A stretch of DNA of 64,000 nucleotides, from positions 15,249 through 79,248 of the forward strand of contig CAZELO010000009.1 of NCBI GenBank assembly GCA_964513245.1, written 5' to 3'. Made by a program: the position numbers and the translations under genes. This DNA is from an uncultured Candidatus Bathyarchaeia archaeon. Lineage in GTDB: Archaea; Thermoproteota; Bathyarchaeia; Bathyarchaeales; DTEX01. Within the stretch, counting starts at the first letter, position 1. Each line of letters begins with the position of its first letter. The notes under the pieces are model-generated. The model ran no database searches, had not been told where the DNA came from, and saw only the letters and a program-made list of their open reading frames with translations. This document shows, in pieces, positions 39,266 through 49,665 of this stretch.

Positions 39266-40807
39266 ATGAAAGAATTTCGACAAGCAAAGTGGCCCGAGCC
39301 GACACTCTTCGAAACCGGAAGCCACGGAAGACACGGCTATAGCTTCCCCGCACCAGAAACAAGCTCGGGATCGAAACTCGCTACGCAAAGCTCTCTGCCC
39401 GGGCATCTGAAACGAGAGGCAGAACCTGACCTGCCCAGCCTCTCAGAGGTCGAGGTTGTTAGACATTTTACCAGACTGTCTCAGATGAACTTTGGCATAG
39501 AAAACGGTTTGTACCCTTTGGGAAGCTGCACCATGAAGTATAATCCTAAGGTAAACGATGCCATCGCGGCATCGGACAAGGTGCATTGGACACATCCGTA
39601 TCAGCCTGAAGAGACCACACAGGGAACGCTGGAGATCATGCACAACCTCGCATCGTGGCTTGCTGAAATTACGGGAACCAGCAGGGTCTCGCTTCAGCCT
39701 GCTGCTGGAGCACAAGGCGAATTGACAGGCACATTGATCATCCGAGCCTACCACAAGCATAACGGCGAATTGGCAACCAGAGACGAGATTATAGTGCCTG
39801 ACTCGGCTCACGGAACGAATCCCTCAAGCGCGGCTATGGCTGGGTTCAAAGCCGTCATTGTGCCTACGGGCGAAGACGGCTGCGTAGACATTGAAGCCCT
39901 AAAGAAAGCTGTGTCACCGAGAACCGCTGGGTTCATGTTGACCAACCCCAACACCTTAGGGATATTCGAAGGAAAGATACTTGAAATCGAGAAGATAGTT
40001 CACAGGGCAGGCGGTCTTCTCTACTATGACGGTGCCAACCTGAACGCCATAATGGGAAGGACAAGACCGGGAGACATGGGCTTCGACATAGTGCACATCA
40101 ACCTGCACAAGACCTTCTCGACCCCCCACGGCGGCGGCGGACCCGGAGCTGGTCCAGTGGGAGTGAAAGATCAACTGAAAGAGTTTTTGCCGGTCCCGCT
40201 CATCGAATTTGACGGAGAGCGCTACTACCTAGATTACAGTATTCCGCATACTATCGGAAAGGTCAGAGCCTTCTATGGAAACTTCGAGGTTCTCATAAGA
40301 GCCTACGCATACATACTCTCAATGGGAGCGGAAGGGTTGAAGAAAGCCGCAGAGATAGCCGTTTTGAATGCTAACTATCTGGCGCATAGACTGTCAACGA
40401 TCAAGGGCTTCGATATACCCTACGAAAAGAGCAGATCTAGGAAGCATGAGTTCGTCCTCAGCTGCAGCCGCCTCAAGTCTGAGACAGGCGTATCCGCGGG
40501 GAACGTTGCAAAAAGGCTGCTAGATTACGGTGTTCATGCACCCACGGTATATTTTCCACCGATTGTCAAGGAAGCGTTGATGATAGAACCCACGGAAACC
40601 GAGACCGTGGAGGAACTGGACAGGTTCACCGAGATCATGGCATCAATATCCCAAGAGGCATATGCAAATCCTAAGATGGTCATAGAAGCGCCCCACAACA
40701 CCTCGGTCGGCACCATAGACGAAGCCAAAGGCTCTCACCCGAAAACTCTGTGCCTCAGCTGGAGAATGTACAAGAAAAAATTTGACAAGGGTCTGCAAAA
40801 ACCATGA
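39266..40807 (+). CDS. gcvPB: glycine dehydrogenase (decarboxylating) subunit 2
   Basis: PLP-dependent C-terminal subunit (NLHKTFSTPHGGGGPG) immediately after gcvPA. Confidence 0.85.
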   Translation: MKEFRQAKWPEPTLFETGSHGRHGYSFPAPETSSGSKLATQSSLPGHLKREAEPDLPSLSEVEVVRHFTRLSQMNFGIENGLYPLGSCTMKYNPKVNDAIAASDKVHWTHPYQPEETTQGTLEIMHNLASWLAEITGTSRVSLQPAAGAQGELTGTLIIRAYHKHNGELATRDEIIVPDSAHGTNPSSAAMAGFKAVIVPTGEDGCVDIEALKKAVSPRTAGFMLTNPNTLGIFEGKILEIEKIVHRAGGLLYYDGANLNAIMGRTRPGDMGFDIVHINLHKTFSTPHGGGGPGAGPVGVKDQLKEFLPVPLIEFDGERYYLDYSIPHTIGKVRAFYGNFEVLIRAYAYILSMGAEGLKKAAEIAVLNANYLAHRLSTIKGFDIPYEKSRSRKHEFVLSCSRLKSETGVSAGNVAKRLLDYGVHAPTVYFPPIVKEALMIEPTETETVEELDRFTEIMASISQEAYANPKMVIEAPHNTSVGTIDEAKGSHPKTLCLSWRMYKKKFDKGLQKP

Positions 40808-41133
40808 ACAGAACTGTTCGCTCACGGTTCTTTTCCGTCGCTCGCTCAAAAAAAGGAAATGCCCTTTGATACGAAGAAATCACCCCAGAACATCTAGCAG
40901 CCAAAAACGCAGCAGTTCTTAGGGGCAGGAAAAGTCCTGTTCTGGCAGAAGGTCGAGAGAATCAAACGAGGACGTAGACACATACCTGAGAAGAAAAGGT
41001 TTTGAATAAAAACATACTCGACACTTACAAACTTTCGATAACGCCAATTGACAGACTAGCTAGCTTGGGAGATTCTGCTAAGTCTTCGAGCGATAGCGAA
41101 AAATGTTAACTATCGGTTGATGTGAAATAAATC

Positions 41134-41922
41134 TTGAGGGCAAAGCACATGTCAGTATACGAAGAACCCCTATACTATGAGATAGCTTTTAGTTTCGTAA
41201 ATCCGAAAGAGCAGGCGGATTTCTTTGAGATACTAATCAAAAAGTTCAGTAAAATAGAAGTCAAGAGATTTTTGGATATAGCTTGCGGTTCGAGTCTTCA
41301 ATTGAGGGAGATAGTTAGAAGAGGATATGAAACAATCGGTTTGGATTCGAGTCCTCAAATGCTGAGATACCTGAAAAACGAGGCAAGAAGGGAAGGAAAG
41401 AAGATAGAGACTGTAAGAACAGATATGACAGATTTTAGATTGAGAAAGAAAGTGGATTTCGCATTTATCATGATGGGTTCCTTGAATGTCGAGTCAAATG
41501 AGAGATTCTTAAGTCACTTGGATTCTGTGGCGGCCTCCTTAAACGAAGGCGGTCTCTATTTCATTCAGAATCAAGGTCTAGATTGGACAAAGAGTACAAT
41601 GCAAAGCTGGACGATGAAGAGAAATGGAATAACAGTGACAACTACCTACGAAAGCCATTTCAAAGACATACTTAACCAGATCTACACAGAAAAGATGACG
41701 CTAGAAATCGATGATAACGGGAAAAGAAAGAAGCTTATCCATGAAAAAGATCTAAAGTTCATCTTCCCACAAGAATTCAAGGCACTCGTTAGATTGAATG
41801 GAAAATTCGAGTTCCTCGGATGGTGGAAGGGAAACTGCAACACTTGGCATTTAGATAAACCTCTTGAAGAAGTCAAAGACTTGAACGACAACATGATACT
41901 TCTTAGGAGGAAACCTTTCTGA
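41134..41922 (+). CDS. class I SAM-dependent methyltransferase (AT-rich island)
   Basis: LDIACGSS motif I; low GC relative to neighbours. Confidence 0.55.
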   Translation: MRAKHMSVYEEPLYYEIAFSFVNPKEQADFFEILIKKFSKIEVKRFLDIACGSSLQLREIVRRGYETIGLDSSPQMLRYLKNEARREGKKIETVRTDMTDFRLRKKVDFAFIMMGSLNVESNERFLSHLDSVAASLNEGGLYFIQNQGLDWTKSTMQSWTMKRNGITVTTTYESHFKDILNQIYTEKMTLEIDDNGKRKKLIHEKDLKFIFPQEFKALVRLNGKFEFLGWWKGNCNTWHLDKPLEEVKDLNDNMILLRRKPF

Positions 41923-42148
41923 CATTTCGGTAAATGCTTCTACTTCTGACAACGCCGACTAACAGAAATCCTCTGGCGGCTCAAAACTGGGCTCAAATAA
42001 GAAATGGAATGCCTAACTGGGTTCTTCGTTATCTGCCTTCACCTGCCCTAGGATTGCTTGCTAAAGGTCAAGTCTGTATTCTTTTCTTCACAATCAATTG
42101 TAGAAGCATCAGGTTGGGGTGTTCCGCGTAGAACCCGCCTTCCTTTCT

Positions 42149-43834
42149 TTAAGAATATTTGGCTTTCCTTTCAAATTGTCTTTCGTATATGTCCCAGACT
42201 TTGTCTATGGTATCGGTATCTTCTGGTGTTTTGTCATCGCGGATTCTTGTTATACGGGCGAATCTTAAGGCCAATTCGCTCTTGTACTTGGGGCTCTTCT
42301 GGATCTCGTTATACGCAACCTCAACGACTATTCTGGGCAGCACAATGACTCTGTTTCCTTCTTCTCTTACAGCCGTCTCCTTAAGCCTTTCAGTCATATC
42401 CTCTAGCTCCGCATCAGTTAACCCTTTAAACGTCTTGCCAATAATTAGAAAGCCACTTGTCTGAGCATCAACTCTTGCACCCAAGTAGTAGTCCGAAAGC
42501 CACTTGTGCCTTTTTCCGTACCCGTACTCAGCAGCCACGATTACAAGGTCCAAGGGCTCCAAAGTAGTCTTGATCTTAAGCCAATGCTTGCCCCGTATCC
42601 CAGGCGCGTAAGGACCGTCCAGCCTCTTAGCCATCAATCCCTCATGACCACTGTCAACGGCTTCTTTCAAGAACCCCTCAGCCTCCTCCGGGTCGCCAGT
42701 GACAATCTGCTTAGTCAAGGGTATGGTTCCAGCCACCTGCCCCAGAAGCTCTCGCCTCTTCACGTATGGGAGGTCGATCAGGTTTTGGCCGTCCACATAG
42801 ACGGCGTCGAAAAGGTGAAGCTGAACGGGCATCCGTTCGGCTGCCTTCTCTATCTCGTAGACTCTTCTAAACCTGCGCATAAGATGTTGAAACGGCAGCG
42901 GGTTGCCGTCCGCCCCGATGGCGATAACCTCGCCTTCTAGGATGGCGTTTTGAGCCTTAACTTCCCTTCCAACTAGATCCACAACTTCAGGCAGACTCTC
43001 CGTGACATCGCTTAGACGACGGCTGAATATCTTAACGTCGCCATCAGCCTTGTGGATCTGGATGCGTGCGCCGTCCAGCTTATACTCAAAAGCCGTTCTT
43101 TCCCCGTGTTCCTTCAAAGCCTCCTCGGGGTTCTCAGCCATCTGTGCCAGCATGGGCTGGATGGGTCTGAAGACCTTGAAGCCTAGCTGCAGTAACCCCT
43201 GCATGCCTTGTGCTTTGCATATTTGTGCTACTTCGCCTACGTCTCCCGTCAGCATTGTTGCTTTTTGGACTGCTCCGAGCGGTATTGAGAAGGCTTTTGA
43301 GATGGCGTTTTCCATGAGCCCTTCGTGGAACCCGGTTCTCATCTCGCCGATGATTATCTTGACGATATACTTAGTTTCGAGCGGTGAAGCCTTTCCGAGC
43401 AGTGTCTCGATCAGCCGTTCCTTTCGTTCTTTTGAACCGTGACCTGTAGATTCAGCCACAGCCTCTAGAACCCGCCTTACCTCAAGGATTGACAGGGGCT
43501 TCTCGACAAGCGTTGTCTGTCTGCGGACTTTGTTCTTCTCAAAGACTGTCCTTGTTGCGTCCCCCACGTCGCCTGTAGCTCGGAAGGCAGATGAGAACTC
43601 TTTCCAGTCAATCTTGGTTAGATTCTTGATCACCGCGCTTAAGGTTGCCCAGCTCACATCCAGAGTCCGTGAGTCCCATTTTGGAAATGGCCTCCCAAGC
43701 ATCATTGAGACAGCAGGTTCGACCTCATCCCTTTCTAGATGCAACAAAAAGTCCGCGACAAGTTCTGCCATCAAAATGCGCCTAGTTGTTGCTGCGAGTT
43801 CTTCGCAAAGCCGAGCCAAAGCCTCGAACTGCAT
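42149..43834 (-). CDS. lig: ATP-dependent DNA ligase
   Basis: EYKLDGARIQIH (KxDG adenylation lysine); start at MQFEALARL. Confidence 0.85.
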   Translation of the reverse strand: MQFEALARLCEELAATTRRILMAELVADFLLHLERDEVEPAVSMMLGRPFPKWDSRTLDVSWATLSAVIKNLTKIDWKEFSSAFRATGDVGDATRTVFEKNKVRRQTTLVEKPLSILEVRRVLEAVAESTGHGSKERKERLIETLLGKASPLETKYIVKIIIGEMRTGFHEGLMENAISKAFSIPLGAVQKATMLTGDVGEVAQICKAQGMQGLLQLGFKVFRPIQPMLAQMAENPEEALKEHGERTAFEYKLDGARIQIHKADGDVKIFSRRLSDVTESLPEVVDLVGREVKAQNAILEGEVIAIGADGNPLPFQHLMRRFRRVYEIEKAAERMPVQLHLFDAVYVDGQNLIDLPYVKRRELLGQVAGTIPLTKQIVTGDPEEAEGFLKEAVDSGHEGLMAKRLDGPYAPGIRGKHWLKIKTTLEPLDLVIVAAEYGYGKRHKWLSDYYLGARVDAQTSGFLIIGKTFKGLTDAELEDMTERLKETAVREEGNRVIVLPRIVVEVAYNEIQKSPKYKSELALRFARITRIRDDKTPEDTDTIDKVWDIYERQFERKAKYS

Positions 43835-43940
43835 AGTTCCTCCTCCCTCGGTTACGGACGACCTCCCACATGAATGATGGGTTCCAGAATGCACGGTATA
43901 GTTGAAGCCCAGATCAGAAGGGTGTTGATGTTTTGGCTTT

Positions 43941-44852
43941 CTACGCCCATACCTTGTCTATTTCAGCCTGCAGTTCGCTTTTTCTTTTTTCGTATTCTTC
44001 TATGGAGATTTCGCTGAGCTTGTATCGGGTTTGAAGGACCTCGAGTTGTTCCGTGAGGCTTTTCTCTTTTTCTTTCAGGGCTACAATTTGGGAGTTAAAG
44101 AAGGCAAGGGTCTCTTCAACATCTGATTTGATCGCGTTCAGAGTCTGCGCCGAGATTTTTCCTTCTCCTAGAAGCTTTTGAAGGGCTTCGTAGTTCGTCC
44201 TCATCTTTGTTTCTAAGTCTCGGATCTCGCTGGGCTTCTTTTCCGACAGCATCTTTCCGAGGCGATCAAGGTTCATTCTGAAAGTCTTCACAGAATTCAT
44301 GAGTCCCTGCTGTTCCATCTTCAACCTGTCCGCTTTCTGGGCGAAGACGCCTAGGTCAATCTCTCCTATCTTGTGGCGCACCCCGAGCTCTTCAAGGTTG
44401 GCATTCACTTGAGCCAACCGCCTGTTTGCTTCGTCCAACCGGCTTCTGTGCTCGTCGATCCTGCGGATGCGGGCGTTCAGAAGGTCGCTCAGCTTGCCGC
44501 TGTACTCATTATAAAGTTTCAAAAAGATTCCTTCGGTTACACCGCCCGTCCGAAACATGTCAAGCAGGGCTGCTTTCCGCTCATAGGACGTGCTAATATT
44601 TGACATGAGAGACGCGCTCTCAGCTTCTGGTCCCCCGATGACAGCGGGCGCAGTAATCTTAACTGAAGGCGGTTGTGGAGGTGGAACTTTGGGTGGGAGA
44701 GATGGCGGGGGAGCAGTCTGGGTTGGACGAGGACTTATTGTAGGCGGAACCGCTTGAGACAATCTTGCCCCGCAGTATATGCAGTATTTCATCGCTGGAA
44801 CATTTCTGCCACAACTCGCGCAGCGTACACGATGCTCATTCAGGTCGGACAA
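43941..44852 (-). CDS. zinc-ribbon / proline-rich linker / coiled-coil protein
   Basis: CASCGRN...CIYCGA N-terminus, PPPSLPPKVPPPQPP, long heptad C-terminal region. Confidence 0.3.
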   Translation of the reverse strand: MSDLNEHRVRCASCGRNVPAMKYCIYCGARLSQAVPPTISPRPTQTAPPPSLPPKVPPPQPPSVKITAPAVIGGPEAESASLMSNISTSYERKAALLDMFRTGGVTEGIFLKLYNEYSGKLSDLLNARIRRIDEHRSRLDEANRRLAQVNANLEELGVRHKIGEIDLGVFAQKADRLKMEQQGLMNSVKTFRMNLDRLGKMLSEKKPSEIRDLETKMRTNYEALQKLLGEGKISAQTLNAIKSDVEETLAFFNSQIVALKEKEKSLTEQLEVLQTRYKLSEISIEEYEKRKSELQAEIDKVWA

Positions 44853-44983
44853 ATGACTGCCTCCAACCCTTAGTGTTATTGACGGGTTATATATTTAATG
44901 GTTGATGCTTATAAGAATATTAGCGTCTTAACATTGCAAGCGGAAGACGCCTGTCGAAGACAACATTCAGATGTGAATGCGGC

Positions 44984-45355
44984 ATGCCCTCCAATGACTA
45001 CATCGAACTCCGAAAAGCCCTAAAAGATTACCTCAAGGAAGAACGAATCACCCTCAAAGACATATTGGACGCAATGGACGAAGAGAAGAACGGCATAATG
45101 GAAGCCATACGCCAGAGAGTCCATCTAACCGAAGCACAAAGCAGAACCCTAGAGCGGGCAATCTCAAGCAAAGACTTGAATCTGCTCCTCTTCGTTATCC
45201 AAGTCTTCTATCTGCTGAACCCAGCGGGAATCTACAAAGGATTCTTCATCGAACCCGCAAGAGAAACCGTTGTCCTCGGAGACAAGATAACCTTCGAAGG
45301 ATGCAAAATGATCCTAAAAGCATTAAACATCACTACACAGAAACTGGAATCTTGA
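44984..45355 (+). CDS. hypothetical protein
   Basis: ORF only. Confidence 0.25.
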   Translation: MPSNDYIELRKALKDYLKEERITLKDILDAMDEEKNGIMEAIRQRVHLTEAQSRTLERAISSKDLNLLLFVIQVFYLLNPAGIYKGFFIEPARETVVLGDKITFEGCKMILKALNITTQKLES

Positions 45356-45436
45356 ACGCCGATCCCAAACGCCATAAAAATCGACACGAACTTGACGGTT
45401 GAGAAGCGCCAAGAGCTTCGCGATTCCAGAAAAACT

Positions 45437-45444
45437 CTTTTATA
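45437..45444 (+). promoter_or_regulatory. TATA box for tRNA-Ile
   Basis: cttttata about 26 bp upstream of tRNA 5' end, A-rich BRE-like stretch before it. Confidence 0.35.
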
Positions 45445-45469
45445 CCGAAGACCCAAAGAATAATCTGCC

Positions 45470-45544
45470 GGGCCGGTAGCTCAGCATGGCTAGAGCGTTC
45501 GGCTGATAACCGAAAGGTCGAGAGTCCAAATCTCTCCCGGCCCA
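45470..45544 (+). tRNA. tRNA-Ile (anticodon GAT)
   Basis: Hand-folded cloverleaf: acceptor GGGCCGG/CCGGCCC, D stem GCTC/GAGC, anticodon loop CTGATAA, T-loop TCCAAAT, discriminator A, no encoded CCA, followed by T-run. Confidence 0.85.
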
Positions 45545-45821
45545 CTTTTTACTTCTCCCGGACCGCTATGCAACTATTTTCGTTTGCGGAAGAGCATGAT
45601 GTTTTCAGGTGTTGTGCAGGCGTATCTGGAGGCTGCTCAGTTTTTTGAAATAAACGGAGCAAGAACTGCCGTTGAGACATTTAGCCGAGGGGGCTACAGT
45701 TGCCGATCAATGGATCTATAGAGAATAACGTTATCTCGGTATTGCGAATATCGATTTGGGGTTTGAACCCGTTGTTCACTAGGCTTTAATGTCTTTTTGT
45801 AGCTCTTTCATGAGAGGTAGC

Positions 45822-46082
45822 ATGAGCTATAGACGAGGTAAGCTAGAGATATACTTGGAAGTATTAAAGGCTGTGAACAAGGGTACTGAGAAGCCTACGA
45901 GGATTATGTACAAGACGAATCTGTCCTGGAAGCCCCTCACGGAGATTCTCCAGTCCATGCAGGATCAGGGTTTAATTGCCAGCCACAAGAAAGGAAACAG
46001 CACCATCTACAAGATCACTGAAAAAGGAAAAAACGTTCTCAAGTACTTTGTAGATGCGATGAACCTGATCAAAATAGAATGA
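45822..46082 (+). CDS. small winged-helix DNA-binding protein
   Basis: wHTH-like pattern. Confidence 0.35.
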   Translation: MSYRRGKLEIYLEVLKAVNKGTEKPTRIMYKTNLSWKPLTEILQSMQDQGLIASHKKGNSTIYKITEKGKNVLKYFVDAMNLIKIE

Positions 46083-46187
46083 ACACGGACCGTCGAGAAG
46101 AGCCTAAGAAAAGTCCCGCCAATCAGCACCATCGGAAAACCCGTGCATGCGCAATATATTGATTATAGAAAAACTTTTGTCTAGGCA

Positions 46188-46433
46188 TTGGCAATGATTG
46201 CCTGTAAAGGAGATCATCTTGCCCCAAACACCGAAGCGCCCAAAGAAGTTCTGTCCCAAATGCGGCTCAAACAACGTGTTTTGGGCCAGTGGATTCCCCC
46301 AATTATGGTCGGTTGGGAATGCAAAGAATGTGGCTTCCGAGGTCCGCTGACAATTGAAGACGGAAAAATAGCCGACAAACTTAGAGAAGAGTACACACAA
46401 AAACAGAAGAAAACGAAAAAAGAAAAGAACTAG
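46188..46433 (+). CDS. small zinc-ribbon protein, apparently split by a frameshift at a C5 run
   Basis: CPKCGSNNV in the +1 frame and CKECGF in the listed frame, joined at ttcccccaa (about 46295). Confidence 0.25.
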   Translation: MAMIACKGDHLAPNTEAPKEVLSQMRLKQRVLGQWIPPIMVGWECKECGFRGPLTIEDGKIADKLREEYTQKQKKTKKEKN

Positions 46434-46616
46434 AATGCCGTCACACCGCTAATCGCGGTTATAGCGATTCGTAGAAACGGAAGAGGTTAGTTCAAGGGTG
46501 TTCATCGAAATTGGCAACCCTGCCGCGTATCTGATGGTTTGCAGAAAACTTCGCTGGATCTTGTGAATGAACCGTGCCTGTTATCGCTTGTTTTGCTCTA
46601 ACCGTCGTCTTGGGCG

Positions 46617-47096
46617 TCAGGGAGCAGATTTTCTTAGATAGGTTGGTGGGGGCATGGTTGTCTCATCTGTGATTATGGCTGATGATAGTTCTTCTACGCC
46701 TTCTATTGATCTCAGTTCCTCGATAAACGCCGACATCTTCTTCAGGCTCTGCGTCCTTGCCCGTATCACCAAATCAAAACCAAATCCTTGGACCTCGATA
46801 ATCTCCTCGTTCTCTTCGAAAGTTCTCAAATTGTTGAGGGTGTCTTTTTTTGGGATGTGGCCTTTTCCGGGAGTTGTTTCTGCTAGGTTGACTAGCAGCA
46901 GGACGCCTATCGGTCTGGTTGTTTTCTCGTGATCGATTAAGGCTTTGTATCCCAAGATTACGCCTGATCGCTCTAGTTTCTGGATTCTTCTATGCACGGT
47001 AGAGATGGGGAGTCCTGTCATGCTCGAAAGGGTCCTGCTGGATAAACCTGCTTTCCTCTCAAGCACCCTTATCAATGCCTCGTCCTTTTCATCCAT
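46617..47096 (-). CDS. Lrp/AsnC-family transcriptional regulator
   Basis: N-terminal HTH plus RAM domain. Confidence 0.8.
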   Translation of the reverse strand: MDEKDEALIRVLERKAGLSSRTLSSMTGLPISTVHRRIQKLERSGVILGYKALIDHEKTTRPIGVLLLVNLAETTPGKGHIPKKDTLNNLRTFEENEEIIEVQGFGFDLVIRARTQSLKKMSAFIEELRSIEGVEELSSAIITDETTMPPPTYLRKSAP

Positions 47097-47226
47097 TTCA
47101 GATCGTTATACATGAGAAAAAATCTCATATTTAACAGTTTTTCGGGTTATTTTCTTAAAAATCTGGGATAATACCCAAATAGAAATAACACGTTCTTCTC
47201 GTCAAAGCCGTAGGAGGTGAAAAAGA

Positions 47227-48558
47227 ATGCTGGAAATAGAATTGGGAACGTTGGAAATGGCTGGAATAACATCTGCAGTCGTCGTTGCTTTCTTGGTGTT
47301 GCTTAAGCTAACGTATACTGTGGTTCAGCCTCATCAGGCACACGTTGTAGTGACTAGAAGCAGAGGAAGGAAAATCTTCAGCTCAAGGGAAGGAATGAAA
47401 AGCGCTTATTTCCACATTCCAATAATTCAGGAACGCAGCATTCTTCCGCTGGAGAACATACAGCTAAAGATCGACAACATCTCTTTCCGAGACAAAGACT
47501 TGGCAAAATTCACGTGCGACGTCGTATGCTGGGTTAACGTGCAAGACCCGATCCTTGCGTCTGAAAGACTTGGAAAGGTAGAGGCCGAGCAGACCATTGA
47601 AGGCTTCAGGCAGGTAGAAGCTGACGTGAAGTCTCTGATTGAAGCGGTGAGTCGAACTACCACGATGAAGTATGACATCGTTACTTTGATGGGCGAAAGA
47701 CAAACGTTCGGCGAAACAGTTGAAAAGGAGATTGACGCGCAGCTGAAAGGATGGGGCTTGGAACTCATTGACCTGGAGATCGTTGATTTCCACGATTCAG
47801 AGGGATACAAAGTCATAGAAAACCTCGAGAAACGCCGCGCTAAGGAGATCGAGACCGAGACAAGAAAGAAGGTTGCTGACAAAGAAAGAGAAGCCACGGT
47901 TGCAGAGTCAAACGCTCAGAAGGAAACTGAACTAGTCAAGGCCCAGAATGAAGAGATATTCAGGTCAAGGCAAATCGAAAAAGACGAGGCAATCGGGAAG
48001 AAAGAACAAGAAAAGAACACGAACATATCGGAGTTGGAGCAGAAGGCAAATGTTCAGGCGGTCCAAGCGAGGAAAGCCAAAGTAGTGGGCGACGCCGAAG
48101 TGGATAAAGAATCCACAATCAAGAGATCAGAAGGCGAAGCCGAATCCACGAGAATAAAAGGCAAAGCTGACGCAGACATCATAAACCTCAAAGGAACCGC
48201 AGAAGCCGACATCACAAAGAAACGACTACTATCGGAAGCAACAGGCAAAGACGCTCTGGCAGACGCCTTGAAGAAGTTCAACGAATCTGGCATTCTCTTG
48301 GAACTAATAACCGCGATCAGAGATGTCCAACTGGGCAAGTACAAGAGCCTCAGCGAAGCCTTACAGAAGGCCAACGTCAACCTGATCACAAGCGGCGAAA
48401 AAGACATACTTGGAATTCCGGTCGGTGCTGACCTCGGAGCTGACGTGGGCGCAATGATCAATGCGATGGAAAAAGCAGGCTTTGACGTCAAAGGCTTGCT
48501 CAAGACAATGAGCGAAATAACCAAAGACATTCTCTCGACATCAAAGAAGGACGAATGA
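47227..48558 (+). CDS. SPFH/band-7 (flotillin-like) membrane protein
   Basis: N-terminal TM, SPFH core, long E/K/A-rich coiled-coil tail. Confidence 0.7.
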   Translation: MLEIELGTLEMAGITSAVVVAFLVLLKLTYTVVQPHQAHVVVTRSRGRKIFSSREGMKSAYFHIPIIQERSILPLENIQLKIDNISFRDKDLAKFTCDVVCWVNVQDPILASERLGKVEAEQTIEGFRQVEADVKSLIEAVSRTTTMKYDIVTLMGERQTFGETVEKEIDAQLKGWGLELIDLEIVDFHDSEGYKVIENLEKRRAKEIETETRKKVADKEREATVAESNAQKETELVKAQNEEIFRSRQIEKDEAIGKKEQEKNTNISELEQKANVQAVQARKAKVVGDAEVDKESTIKRSEGEAESTRIKGKADADIINLKGTAEADITKKRLLSEATGKDALADALKKFNESGILLELITAIRDVQLGKYKSLSEALQKANVNLITSGEKDILGIPVGADLGADVGAMINAMEKAGFDVKGLLKTMSEITKDILSTSKKDE

Positions 48559-48591
48559 AAAAACAAGCCATAACCTCTCTTTTTTTCTAAA

Positions 48592-48852
48592 TTGCAGAAA
48601 GGTTCAAGAGGTGAGAACATGGTTGAAGAAAACACGGTCAAATTGGAGATATGCATCAGCAAAAAAGCCGCAGATCTGGTGGAACACTATGCAATGACCA
48701 CTGGATACGGGAGCCGAGATCGAGTAATTGAAGAGCTCGTATTTGCTGTTTACGAGTTACTCAAGATAGACAGAGAAAGAAACATTTCGTTAGAGGAGTT
48801 CAGAGGAGTCCTGAAGACATTCAGAAGATTTGAAACCGAACAAGACCCCTAG
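48592..48852 (+). CDS. hypothetical protein
   Basis: ORF only. Confidence 0.25.
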   Translation: MQKGSRGENMVEENTVKLEICISKKAADLVEHYAMTTGYGSRDRVIEELVFAVYELLKIDRERNISLEEFRGVLKTFRRFETEQDP

Positions 48853-49476
48853 ATGGCTCTCAGGCAACTCTCTGTCTAAAGCACGGTGAACTAGAAGCCC
48901 TCGGCAAGGCAAACTCCCAAATTTTGTGTAATCCTTACCTGATTATATGAAAGGTTGCTGTTGAACAATCGGCCCTAATCATCATGAATTCTGATGCGCT
49001 GTCAGACATAGTTCTGATTATTGAATGTTTGGAAATAGTCTCAATGTTCTAAGTTATGGGGTGGGACATGTTTATATATAACGCCGTTATATTATTTAAT
49101 TGGTGAAAAAAGAATGAAGAGAGAAACAAGAGAACGTTTAGAGACAGCCGTATTCACCATCATCAGCAACGCCGCCGCTTACGCCTTTGTTCTACATCTA
49201 TTTGGAGCAATCTAAGGGTACATGGCTAAGAGCAAAAATGCACTTCTCCTTTCAGTCAATATTTTGCTGGCAGTCTCTGTTGAGTCTCTGATCGTTCCGC
49301 TATGTATGGAAGGCAGGGCGGATTTTATCCATTCCACAGGCGGATTAGATTTTGCTCGTCAAGCAGTCCACACCCGTCTAAAGCATCTGTTGTGAGCTCA
49401 ACTTTCCAGAGATTGAAGCACATATGCTTCTTCAAAAAGGGGGATTGTGCATGTGCATGGGGTATCATTACTTTTT

Positions 49477-49665
49477 TTATTCTGCTATTGCAACGGAGTC
49501 GTCGTTAATGGTGACTAAGCCGTAGTGTCGCATCAATGAAATCGTGTCTTTTACTTCTTGTTTCATTTTCCTGTCGCGACCGAGGGCGGCGCACACTTCG
49601 CTTATTCTCGCTTTGTCACCGTTCTTCTTGATGAACTGGTATATCTCGTATTCTCGTGTTACCAT
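49477..49665 (-). CDS. small HTH/wHTH protein
   Basis: EYEIYQFIKKNGDKARISEVCAALG pattern; inside AT-rich gene-poor stretch. Confidence 0.3.
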   Translation of the reverse strand: MVTREYEIYQFIKKNGDKARISEVCAALGRDRKMKQEVKDTISLMRHYGLVTINDDSVAIAE

